A DNA stretch of 64,000 nucleotides, taken from positions 64,001 through 128,000 of the forward strand of contig CAVYHV010000010.1 of the NCBI GenBank assembly GCA_963768425.1. Direction: 5' to 3'. Of this stretch, positions 1 to 9,341 are shown one piece after another. How positions within the stretch are numbered: position 1 is the first letter of the stretch; every line of letters begins with the position of its first letter. The DNA is from Candidatus Bathyarchaeota archaeon. Its GTDB lineage: Archaea > Thermoproteota > Bathyarchaeia > Bathyarchaeales > Bathycorpusculaceae. A model generated the notes under the pieces. The model saw only the letters and a program-made list of their open reading frames with translations. It was not told where the DNA came from and did no database searches. The translations under genes and the position numbers were made by a program.

Positions 1-173
1 CTCGGAGTCAGCCTTCTATAAGTATTTGACAGCAATCCATCCCATCCCCGCTCGAAACCTAAAACTTGAAAACCCTTCGCATGGGCAATCCTTGTCACTG
101 CTCGGATGGCAGCGTTCATTCCAGGGGCGTCGCCGCCTGAAGTTACAATGCCAATGGTCTTCGTCAAACGCAT
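1..173 (-). CDS. pfkA: 6-phosphofructokinase, N-terminal part (runs off window)
   Basis: Manual translation from ATG at 173: [47 protein letters not shown]; [16 protein letters not shown] is the PfkA signature. Confidence 0.9.
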   Translation of the reverse strand, partial: MRLTKTIGIVTSGGDAPGMNAAIRAVTRIAHAKGFQVLGFERGWDGLLSNTYRRLTP

Positions 174-317
174 CAAGTCTCCTTTAAAGCATCACAACTC
201 AAATACAAACAACCTAGACATTTCTTTCGTCAAGATTAAAACGTTTAGTATCGCAAATATTTATGGACATACTCCAAAAAACATAAATTGCTTAGCCATT
301 ATCCTATTGGACTTAGT

Positions 318-471
318 CGGGAGGTAGCTCAGCCTGGCAGAGCTCTCGAATCAGCTAACATGCTTAGCTGGTGGAGACGCTGTAGAGGTCTACCCACGGT
401 GGGCTTCAATCTAGCCTGTGCAGGCCACAGATACCGAGCCGTCGCAGGTTCAAATCCTGCTCTCCCGACCA
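318..471 (+). tRNA. tRNA-Tyr(GTA) with two introns (349-378 at 30/31; 386-432 at 37/38), encoded CCA
   Basis: Acceptor CGGGAGG/TCTCCCG with C1:G72 and A73 (archaeal Tyr identity), D arm GCTC/GAGC, T arm GCAGG-TTCAAAT-CCTGC; removing both introns gives CTCGG-CTGTAGA-CCGAG; both junctions form BHB-type motifs. Confidence 0.92.
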
Positions 472-507
472 ATTAACTTTAAATTCGAGCTGCCTTTGCC
501 AAGTTAC

Positions 508-1452
508 TTAGGGGCTTATGCCTTTTGGCAGCATTTTCTTCGGTATCTTTGCGACGAAGGTAAAGAGTGGATCGACAATTTGGGCGATTCTTCCTTTTGC
601 TGCTAAGCTTAGAAACATGTAGGCATCGTAACGTTCAAAACCGTAGTCAGTTTCTAACCACTTTATCAATTCGAGAAAAGCTAATCTAACTGCGTCTTCA
701 AATGGTTTGGCACTGCAGACAGTCATGATTTCGTCTTTTGACTCGATGCGTGGCCAGTCTATGTTTTTGTTTTTCTCCAACTCTACCTTCATAGTGACTT
801 TGGAGGAAACTTCCAATGCAGTTCCACAGATTTCTCCGTCTCCTTGAACAGCGTGAACATCACCTAACCCAAAGAGTGCTCCATTAACTGCCACAGGAAG
901 GTAAAGCGTGCTGCCAACGCAGATGTCGGGGACATCCATGTTTCCTCCGTGTCTTCCCGGAGTAACTGTGGAGACAGCCTCAAACTTTGGTGAAACACCA
1001 ATCGTTCCAATGAAAGGTTTGGCGGGGATTTCAACGGTTCCTCCATCTTTCAACGTATAAACAATTTTTTCTCCAATTATTTGCGAAAACTTTGTGACAG
1101 AGGGAGACAGTTGAAGCCATCCTTCAAGCCCGCCAAACCCAGGTATAACAGCAGTCCAGCCTATCTCTGGAATCTCGATGCTGATAATCTCGATCTTTAA
1201 GGCATCTCCCGGCTCAGCGTTTTCAACGTAGATGGGGCCCGTAACTGGATTTTCATAACGCTTAAGACCTTTCTGAATCGCATCCTCCAGAATTTGATCG
1301 GTTCTCACGATATCGCCTCTGGCATCCCATGTTTCCACCTCAATGGTTTCGCCAGGAGTCACCTTCGCAATGAGCTCGTTTAGGGACCCCAGTGTGCAAT
1401 TCTTTGTTAATGACATTTCTTCCCGAGGAGTTCTTCGTATTCTTCTAACCAA
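508..1452 (-). CDS. Acetamidase/formamidase family protein
   Basis: NPVTGPIYVENAEPGD, GGNMD and GDVHAVQGDGEICG motifs. Confidence 0.9.
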   Translation of the reverse strand: MVRRIRRTPREEMSLTKNCTLGSLNELIAKVTPGETIEVETWDARGDIVRTDQILEDAIQKGLKRYENPVTGPIYVENAEPGDALKIEIISIEIPEIGWTAVIPGFGGLEGWLQLSPSVTKFSQIIGEKIVYTLKDGGTVEIPAKPFIGTIGVSPKFEAVSTVTPGRHGGNMDVPDICVGSTLYLPVAVNGALFGLGDVHAVQGDGEICGTALEVSSKVTMKVELEKNKNIDWPRIESKDEIMTVCSAKPFEDAVRLAFLELIKWLETDYGFERYDAYMFLSLAAKGRIAQIVDPLFTFVAKIPKKMLPKGISP

Positions 1453-1645
1453 GCCACGTTCCCCCTAACGATTTCACATAGAATTCACTTTAGTTCAGCG
1501 GATGCGTTAAATCTTTTGTTTCAGCAGATATGCCGTCTTCTATGGTAACGATGCCTGTTGAGGCATGATATGTGTGATAACCATGTGGAATGAAGTAATT
1601 ATTTTAAATAAGTAATTCTTATATTATTGTAGCAAGTATTACGAT

Positions 1646-1963
1646 ATGAAAACAGAAAGCTGCCATAACCCCCATAGATTACAGAAAAACCAAAACAGGA
1701 GAAGAGAACGGTTGAGCAAACATAAAGAATTAATCAAGAAATGGGGTTCGCGCTACATAAAATATAACGTCATAGGCTTAGCTGTTTTTCTACTCAACAT
1801 CATTATTTACGTAATTATCTTCCCTTATTTTGGAGAATGGTCCTATATCATCGTAAGCATAAACGGGGGAATCATGGAGTTTACATTAATCGCCTACATC
1901 AACAAAACCAAAAAAGGCTTAATATTTGAAAGCTGCACGCCAATTAACAACGTAACCTCATAA
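1646..1963 (+). CDS. Small membrane protein, GtrA-like
   Basis: RYIKYNVIG followed by two hydrophobic segments; true start may be downstream. Confidence 0.5.
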   Translation: MKTESCHNPHRLQKNQNRRRERLSKHKELIKKWGSRYIKYNVIGLAVFLLNIIIYVIIFPYFGEWSYIIVSINGGIMEFTLIAYINKTKKGLIFESCTPINNVTS

Positions 1964-2120
1964 ACTTTTTCCAGCCACAACAGCCATAAAAAAACCTTTT
2001 TTCTTCTCTTTTTGTTATCCTATTCTTGTTCAACTTTTCGCTTGCTAAAACGCAGACAAATTGTGACACAATACTTAATATACTATATAATACTGTATTG
2101 TAGGATAAGGGTAATTCTTG

Positions 2121-2246
2121 ATGACTGAATGTCCCTATTGTCATAAAGAGAACTCGAAACCTCAAGCTTCATTACAAAACAGTTTTTTCGCAATCGAAGC
2201 CTATATATGTGATAAATGCAAAGGCAGATTTACGATAACAAAATAA
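2121..2246 (+). CDS. 41-aa zinc-ribbon micro-protein (not in ORF track)
   Basis: MTECPYCHKENSKPQASLQNSFFAIEAYICDKCKGRFTITK*; two CxxC pairs; AT-rich TATA-like sequence upstream. Confidence 0.6.
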   Translation: MTECPYCHKENSKPQASLQNSFFAIEAYICDKCKGRFTITK

Positions 2247-2396
2247 CTCCATGTTCTGAAAGCAGTTAATCAGTAATCATTCACTTTTTAATGGGTTTTT
2301 CTTTGTTAGGTGTGCTTTGTTATTAAAGTAAAGGCGCGCAATATGCCCTGTCCCGATCAAACTTTTCCAGTCTAAAATAGCCGAAGTTGAGAAATT

Positions 2397-3494
2397 TTAG
2401 ACTTTGATTTCTTCGGTTAAGCCTGCTTCAGGATATGGGAACAGATGAGCTTTTTCAAGCGGGTATGTAATTGTAACTTCTTCTCCTACTTTGAACCAAT
2501 TCTCCGCTAGTGAAGGCCGATTTATTACCAGCCGGTCGCCGTTGTCAAGCCTAATCTCATAGCGCACCACCGTTCCTTCGAAAGTGACTTTCTCTATTTT
2601 TCCAGCCAACCCGTCTTCAGAAGCAGTTTTACCAGTTTTCATTTCACAGGTTTCTGGTCTGATTGCCAAGACAACTCTTTCGCCGTCTTTTATGCCAGTT
2701 TTCTTGGCTTTGACTTTTAAGCCTTCCCGCAACTCGATTTCGCAGTACCCATCCGTTTGATCGATGTATCCTTCGAGAAGGTTGGATTCGCCGATGAAGT
2801 GTGCGACAAAGAGGCTGTTTGGGTACATGTAAAGTTCTTGGGGTGAGCCAATCTGAACGATTTTGCCTTTCTTCATTACCGCTATTCTGTCGGAAATTGA
2901 CATGGCTTCTGACTGGTCATGGGTGACATGAATTGCAGTGAGTTTAAGGTCTTTAGCCATCCGCCTGATTTCATAGCGTATTTCATTTCTTACTTTAGCG
3001 TCCAGTTGCCCGAGGGGTTCATCCAGAAGCAAGGTTTTGGCGCCTGCAGCAAGAGCGCGTGCAACGGCTATTCTCTGCATCATGCCGCCGCTCAATTCGC
3101 TAGGGTAAGCGCTTAAACGTTCATCCAGTTTGACCAGTTCCAAAACTTCATGCCCTATTGTATCGGCTTCTTTTGCGTCGTAGTTTTTGACTTTGGGTCC
3201 GTAAAGGACGTTGCCCCATGCGGTCATGTGTGGGAACAGAGCGAAAGTTTGGAAAACAAAGCCGATATCGCGGTCTTCAGGGGGATCTTTGTCGACGCGT
3301 CGGTCGCCGATGTAGATTTCGCCGCTGTCAGGCTCAATAAGTCCCGCAATGAGTCGCAGCAACGTGGTTTTTCCGCATCCGCTTGGACCAAGCAGCGCAA
3401 AATATTCTTGGTCACGCATGGTTAAGCTGATGTTGTCTAAAGCGTAGATTTTCCCGTATTTTTTTGTAACGTTTACGATTCTTACATCAGGCAT
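2397..3494 (-). CDS. ABC importer ATP-binding subunit (PotA/FbpC/MalK-like, C-terminal TOBE)
   Basis: Walker A GPSGCGKT, LSGG signature, LLLDEP, VTHDQ. Confidence 0.93.
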   Translation of the reverse strand: MPDVRIVNVTKKYGKIYALDNISLTMRDQEYFALLGPSGCGKTTLLRLIAGLIEPDSGEIYIGDRRVDKDPPEDRDIGFVFQTFALFPHMTAWGNVLYGPKVKNYDAKEADTIGHEVLELVKLDERLSAYPSELSGGMMQRIAVARALAAGAKTLLLDEPLGQLDAKVRNEIRYEIRRMAKDLKLTAIHVTHDQSEAMSISDRIAVMKKGKIVQIGSPQELYMYPNSLFVAHFIGESNLLEGYIDQTDGYCEIELREGLKVKAKKTGIKDGERVVLAIRPETCEMKTGKTASEDGLAGKIEKVTFEGTVVRYEIRLDNGDRLVINRPSLAENWFKVGEEVTITYPLEKAHLFPYPEAGLTEEIKV

Positions 3495-3544
3495 AACTTG
3501 ATTCTCCTACGAAAAACGTTTTGTGGTTTTTAATGGTTACCATG

Positions 3545-5233
3545 TTAAGTCTTCCCTTTCCTTGTTATAAGCCTCAAAACAAGCAGTATGATGAAGCTGA
3601 AAAGAATCAAGATGCCGCATGCCAAGCCAACGGTGAATGCGGTGACCCCTGGAATCGGCGAAGCAACGCCCCTTATGGCGTTGACCCAGTTGACAATAAG
3701 GACGGGTGCAGTAACAAGGTTCGTGCTTACAGCCAAGGTGGCTCCTGTTTCGCTAACGCTTCGTGCAAAAACGATTATGGCGCCTGAAAGAATCGAATAC
3801 TTCGTGAGCGGCAGCACAATTGATCGGAAAACAGTAAAGGGTTTGGCACCCAAGGTTTTTGCTGCTTCCTCCATTTCAATGCTTATCCGCTCCATAGCCG
3901 CCCCCATTGACCTAACAAAATACGGGTACGTGATTGCTAAATGAGCGAAAACTAGCAATAGGAATGCAGGTATACCTGGGACACCTTGCCAAAAGAACTT
4001 CAGCGAAACCCCCAAGGCAATCGACGGCACGATTATAGGCACGTTGATTAAAGTATCAAGAACCGCTGAGACTGTTTTGCCGAATGTGTGACGCGAAATC
4101 AGAATAGCCATCGGTATACCTAAAATTATGCCTAACACGGTCACTATCCCAGCTAAACCGTAGGAAAGCAGCAGGCTTTGCCAGAAGCTTGCCCAAACTC
4201 CAACACCGGTCAACGCCTGAATCACAGGGGTTCCTGAAGCTATGGCTTGGAAAGCAGGCAACGCCACGAAAAGCGACGGCACCAAAACAACCACCAAGAA
4301 AACAAATAATGCCAAACTGTTACGGGTCCAAGCAGTTTTCTTGTAGCTAAGCTTCTTTTCTAAAACAGGCAAGCCGTGTCCAAATGGCAGCTTTATCTTT
4401 GGACTTATAACTTTAATCAAACCGAAAATAGTCAACGAGACCGAAATGAGGATTAGGCTGGTGAAGACGGTTGCGCCTTGGTATGTGGCTTGAGGGATTA
4501 AACCTTTTTTGAATTCGTTACTTAAGGTTTGCAGGAAGACAGGTCCGTTGACGAAGGCTCCGGCGACAATGAAGGTGGCGCCTGTCTCGGAAAGCGACCG
4601 AGCGAATGCAAGCAAAAACGCAGCAATCAAAGACGGCTTTATGATTGGAAAAGTAACTGTTCTTGATGCTGTCAAAGGCGGAGCACCAAGGGTTCGTGAT
4701 GCCCGTTCGTACTCCATCTTGTAGTCCAGCATCGCGCCAACTACGACTCGCACGACGACTGGGAATGAAAAAGTGAAATGTAGAAGCATAACAAGGAGCC
4801 AACCTGTAGAGATTATTGGTCCTCCGAAAAGCGTTGATATTGGTCCGCCGGGTAAGCTCCAGAAAAGAAGCAGCGAATAACCCAAGGCAGCAGTCGGCAC
4901 GATGAAGGGTATGTCGGCGAAAGTGTCTAGGACACTTAGCCACCTTGATTTGCTACGGGTGATAAGCCAAGCGAGGGGGATTCCAGCGATCAGGTCTAAG
5001 GCGGCGACGATTAAGCCAATGATGAAGGAGTTCCTGATAGCCGTCCATGCTGTGCCCATAAGTGCTGGTTGGTTGATGACGTTTTGGACTGTTGGTATTT
5101 TGATTAGGATTCCGAGGATGGGCGGAATAAGGATAAAAGCGAAAAACACAGCGACCGCGGAAATGTAGAGGGAGTACTTTAAGGGTTTTTTGGAGGACCA
5201 TTTGTTTAGTGTGTTCCACAGTTTGCTAAGCAC
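3545..5233 (-). CDS. ABC importer permease with two fused BPD_transp_1 domains (iron/thiamine/oxyanion type)
   Basis: Many TM helices; two EAA loops (ERASRTLGA, EEAAKTLGA); duplicated FARS.SETGAT. Confidence 0.9.
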   Translation of the reverse strand: MLSKLWNTLNKWSSKKPLKYSLYISAVAVFFAFILIPPILGILIKIPTVQNVINQPALMGTAWTAIRNSFIIGLIVAALDLIAGIPLAWLITRSKSRWLSVLDTFADIPFIVPTAALGYSLLLFWSLPGGPISTLFGGPIISTGWLLVMLLHFTFSFPVVVRVVVGAMLDYKMEYERASRTLGAPPLTASRTVTFPIIKPSLIAAFLLAFARSLSETGATFIVAGAFVNGPVFLQTLSNEFKKGLIPQATYQGATVFTSLILISVSLTIFGLIKVISPKIKLPFGHGLPVLEKKLSYKKTAWTRNSLALFVFLVVVLVPSLFVALPAFQAIASGTPVIQALTGVGVWASFWQSLLLSYGLAGIVTVLGIILGIPMAILISRHTFGKTVSAVLDTLINVPIIVPSIALGVSLKFFWQGVPGIPAFLLLVFAHLAITYPYFVRSMGAAMERISIEMEEAAKTLGAKPFTVFRSIVLPLTKYSILSGAIIVFARSVSETGATLAVSTNLVTAPVLIVNWVNAIRGVASPIPGVTAFTVGLACGILILFSFIILLVLRLITRKGKT

Positions 5234-5789
5234 AGTCCAGCTCCTAATTTTTCAACGTCTGTCTTGCACAAAGCGCAAGGTAATGCACTGTTCAGATATA
5301 ATAGCTGTTTCCTTAAGCCACATTTCTGACCATATTTTCAATTTAGAATATATATTTTGGTGTTGACTCCCAATAGGCTATAGTGGCTGGGACTTCGTTC
5401 TTATAGTTAATATAGAAGACTTTATCAAGTTTAACATTGGAATTCTAGTCAGGCGAATTTTTTTTGGAACAGAATAGCGGGGTTTTGCAGTTTTCGCGGC
5501 TGCTTTTTGTCTCAGTTAATATCTTTTTGAAGAAGACCAACTTTTTTGCAAAAATCATATTTCGAAAGAATTCAAAATAAGATTAAATGAAAAAAGTATA
5601 TTCAGTAAATTCAAGTTAAGAAAGCTAATTTCTAATTCAAACCTTTCCTGTTACACTGCTGAACATAGCTTTGAGCTTTTTTACATGACGGGCACTTTTC
5701 GCTTTCTACTCGGAAACAGCTTTTTCCGCTCGCTGAGATCGGCTACGATTTTGTTTTCTAACTGTTGGAACTTTGCAGGTTTTGCTTTT

Positions 5790-6077
5790 TCAAAGTATCT
5801 CTATGTTTATTTTTCTGGCCTCAATTATAACCTGCTGAGTCAAAAACTCCTCCAAGAGATCAAGCGATGAAATTCCTTTTGAGCCAGAGCTTGCTTTTTT
5901 GTGTTTAGCAACATGATTCTTAATTGCAAGTTTCATGGCTTTTAAATCCGGCACCACCAAAATTTCAGAGCCGCATAAGCATCTAACAGTAGGCATTTTT
6001 CTTTTAAGTGCATTAAACTTAGTGTTGCGATCTTGGTCAAGAGTATAGTTGATTTCTTGTGTAATTCTTTTCTTCAT
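5790..6077 (-). CDS. Small putative zinc-binding protein
   Basis: RCLCG...HVAKH (CxC + HxxxH); overlaps upstream ORF. Confidence 0.65.
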   Translation of the reverse strand: MKKRITQEINYTLDQDRNTKFNALKRKMPTVRCLCGSEILVVPDLKAMKLAIKNHVAKHKKASSGSKGISSLDLLEEFLTQQVIIEARKINIEIL

Positions 6078-6465
6078 GCCTCCTCAACTTCATTTTTGGT
6101 TTTATTACAATTTCGCGAGCTACCATTATTTTCTTATTAAGCGTTTTCAAACGTTTCTCGACTTCCATTTTTATCTCAGAGTCTCTTTCTTGAGCCAAAG
6201 CCTTAGACAAGAGGCTCTTTGCTAACGGAACACTGCCTTCGCCGAAAATCTTTCCAAATATGGAATGCCTGTTATCTAATCCATGAATTTTGGGTAACAC
6301 ACAAATAAAATTCAATGGGTAATCCTTGGAAGTATCTGAATCTACGACCACAAAATGCACTTCTGTTTTGGGATTTTCTATTTTTCTACCAATTTCTCTT
6401 TTTAACAAATATAAACTTGGTCTCATCCAGCTTACGCCTTTCAAAAACTGTTTATAGTAAATCAT
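6037..6465 (-). CDS. Hypothetical protein
   Basis: 142-aa ORF with globular composition; probable start at MRPSLYLLK. Confidence 0.65.
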   Translation of the reverse strand: MIYYKQFLKGVSWMRPSLYLLKREIGRKIENPKTEVHFVVVDSDTSKDYPLNFICVLPKIHGLDNRHSIFGKIFGEGSVPLAKSLLSKALAQERDSEIKMEVEKRLKTLNKKIMVAREIVIKPKMKLRRHEEKNYTRNQLYS

Positions 6466-6795
6466 CGTTTAAGCGCTTTATTTTATTGTCGTCACTATTT
6501 CTGTTAAAACGTAAATATGCCCGATCAACGATTCAGGCAGAAATGTTAATCTTGATAAGAGAAGAAATGAATTAAGACCCAAAGAGAGCTTGTTTGTGAC
6601 CCCACAGCAGATAACATGTTTTATACAAACCTGGCAATTTGCGCTTAACCTGGTCAGCGTTAACTATTAAATCACTCCAAAAAAAGAAAAAGCCGGCTGC
6701 GGAAGTTAAAAAAAGAAATTGTACCACAGGAGACGACCGAGCATGAATCTATACTCTCAATTTTTGGAACAGAAACATGGAATAATGAAAAAAAT

Positions 6796-6984
6796 TTGAG
6801 ACTGAAAATGATCGTTGACGGAAAAGAGTTGCCTCTGAACAATTTCGTGCAGGAAACCATCGGCAACATCATGGCTGGATTTTCGAAAACGCTGAAAGGG
6901 CTGGATGTGGCTCCTGAAATGATTGAAGTGAAAATAAAGAGGTTGCCAGCCCCAGCTGACGTTGACGCCCATGTTTACCCTTGA
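6796..6984 (+). CDS. Small protein resembling the MobB C-terminal extension domain
   Basis: LKMIVDGKELPLNNFVQETIGNIMAGFSKTLKG pattern; converges on the permease stop. Confidence 0.65.
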   Translation: MRLKMIVDGKELPLNNFVQETIGNIMAGFSKTLKGLDVAPEMIEVKIKRLPAPADVDAHVYP

Positions 6985-6989
6985 TCGAT

Positions 6990-7784
6990 TTAGCTGACTA
7001 CTTTTCTGAACTGGTACAGTGTAGCGCTCATGGTGATGACCGCGACTAAGCCGATTACACCCCAAGCTGGAAGTATGGTGCTCCATTGGTAGCCGTTGAT
7101 CATCAAGTGCGCGGGTAGCGGTAACACAGTAGCTTACAGGGTTAAACATTGAGACAGTTTGCACCCATGCGGGCAGGAAACTAAGGGGAAACAATGCTGG
7201 GCTTAGGAACAGAAGTGGGAAAGTGATGACTCCGCCTATCGCGAAAACCGTCTCAGAACTTCTCGTCTTCATGCCCAACGCTAAAGAAATTCCTGACCAT
7301 GCAAGCCCAAAGAAGGCAAGCGTGAAAAAGATAAGCAAAATTCCGACAACACCAGTGGTGACGTAGAAGGGCTTGTTTTCCGCAACACCTAAAGCGTATC
7401 CTAACCCGAGAATTATAGCGGTTTGGACAACCACTCTAAATGCGTCACTGGCTAATCTGCCGAGCAGAATCGCGGGACGACTCACTGGCGTCACCAGCAT
7501 TTTCTGCAAATACCCCGAGTCGATGTCAGCCACTATCGAGTTTCCTGACTGCAAAGCGCTTCCAAAAGCGTTTTGCATCACAATTCCAGCAGCCGCAAAC
7601 TCAAGATAAGCAACGACCTAGCGGGTAATACTCCTGGAAAATTGGAAAGTTTGCCTAGCAGCTGCGTGAATAGTACGAGGAATAAGATGGGTTGGAAGAG
7701 TGAGAAGAATAGCAGGATTGGGGTTCGAACAAGTTTCGTGAGGTACCTTATGAATATGTAGCGGGTATCAGAAAGTAGAGTCAT
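6990..7784 (-). pseudogene. ABC-2 (DrrB-like) exporter permease, frameshifted (decay or sequencing error)
   Basis: Fragments 7578-7784 and 6757-7581 plus a third frame ending ATLYQFRKVVS* at 6990 align to the intact paralog at 26383-27162. Confidence 0.8.
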
Positions 7785-8794
7785 TTTTGTTCATCTCCTT
7801 GCGCCGCCCCACATGGCGGCTTGGCGCTTTGACTAGTTCTTCCGTTCGTATTCTTTTGCCGGTGTGCTTCATGAAAACGTCATCCAGAGACGGCGAAGAA
7901 AACGTCACTGACGCAATCCGAATGTCGCTGCTGTCTAAGGCGCGCACAATATCAGCTATCAGCAAGACCAGCGTTTTTGGCGTAAACTGTAAGGCATTCT
8001 TCAGAATCCATTATTTCGTTGACGTCTGTGAGGGTTTTGATGAGTTCTTTTGCTTTAATGTTGTCTCTTTGGCAGTTCTCAAGCGAATTCTGATAGAGTC
8101 AGCGCCAATTTCACGTTTCAAATCAATAGGAGAGCCGCTTGCAACTATTTTTCCAGCATCAATTATTGAAAGCCTTTTGCATAGTTTGTCGGCTTCTTCC
8201 AGATACTGAGTCGTTAAAAAGATGGTTATGTCTTCTTCTTTGTTTAATTTTTCCAGATAACTCCAAATGGCTGAACGCGACTGAGGATCCAAACCCGTTG
8301 TCGGCTCATCCAAAAACAGCATTTTGGGTTTGTGAACAAGAGCGGTGGCAAGGTCAAGGCGTTTTTTCATGCCGCCCGAGTAGTTTCTTGCGCGTCTATC
8401 AGCGGCTGCTTCTAGACCTACTAAGACTAATAAGTTCGTTCACTCGTTTTTTGATTTCGTCACTGTCCATTTGGTGGAAATGGCCTTGAAGCGTAATGTT
8501 TTCTCTGCCTGTTAAGTCGCCGTCGACGGTTGTTTCTTGGCTTTGAACCCCGATGATCTTGCGGATTTCAGGCTGCTTGCTTCTCAACGTCGTATCCTGC
8601 GATTGTAACGGTGCCCGATGTTTTTCTCAGAAGTGTCGTTAGAATTTTGATTGTTGTGCTTTTTCCTGCTCCGTTTGGCCCTAGAAAACCGAAGAATTCT
8701 CCTTCCTGCCACGTTGAAGGAGATGTCATCAACGGCTTTTGTCCCGTCAGAATAGACTTCAGACAAGATTCTTAACAGTAATAATGTCTGCCAT
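7781..8794 (-). pseudogene. ABC-2 (DrrA-like) ATP-binding protein, multiply frameshifted
   Basis: Starts MADIITVKN at 8794; fragments carry [34 protein letters not shown] and PSLDDVF, colinear with 27159-28154. Confidence 0.82.
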
Positions 8795-9341
8795 AAGCTG
8801 TCAATAAATAGGTTTACACATGGGTAAAATAAACGTTATGTAACTGATAGGTAACTATAACCAAGAAAGTTAGTGCTACGGTTTGCTTCGCGCTAATTTT
8901 TAAGAGGAAAGAATTTGAGGTCAAGAAGGAAAGGCAACTTTTGGAAAGAAGTGGGATGACTTTACATATTTTAATGCCTATCGATTGCGATTATTTCGGA
9001 TTAATTTGGTTCCCCGATTCCCAGTAGCAGTTGAATAAGACATTGCATATTTTAGAAAAGAAAGATCACTTCGACGAAATCCAAAACACCCTTCCATTTT
9101 TTTAAAAATGATGTTCATTTAAAGAGGGATGCTAAAATTTCTGGTTTTGGCAAATTAAACTATGCTTATCCACTTTGGCGATCGGAGTTACGGAGTATAA
9201 GAAATCATAAGTTCAGTTAAGTGTTCAATTTGGTCTTTTCGGTTACATGGTCACAGTGATATCGAATATCGTAAAACAAATATTGCTTTTTTGCATGTCA
9301 AGACTCGAAATCCTTAAGCGTACGAGGATAATAGGTTAAGT

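Noticed and set aside
106-606. Short plus-strand ORFs
   Set aside because: They are antisense to pfkA or overlap tRNA-Tyr
1505-1595. Possible remnant of a FilR1-type regulator C-terminus (YAVFYGND)
   Set aside because: Too short to support
6757-6989. C-terminal tail of ORF 6757-7581
   Set aside because: Frameshift read-through; the permease ends at 6990 and a plus-strand gene occupies this space
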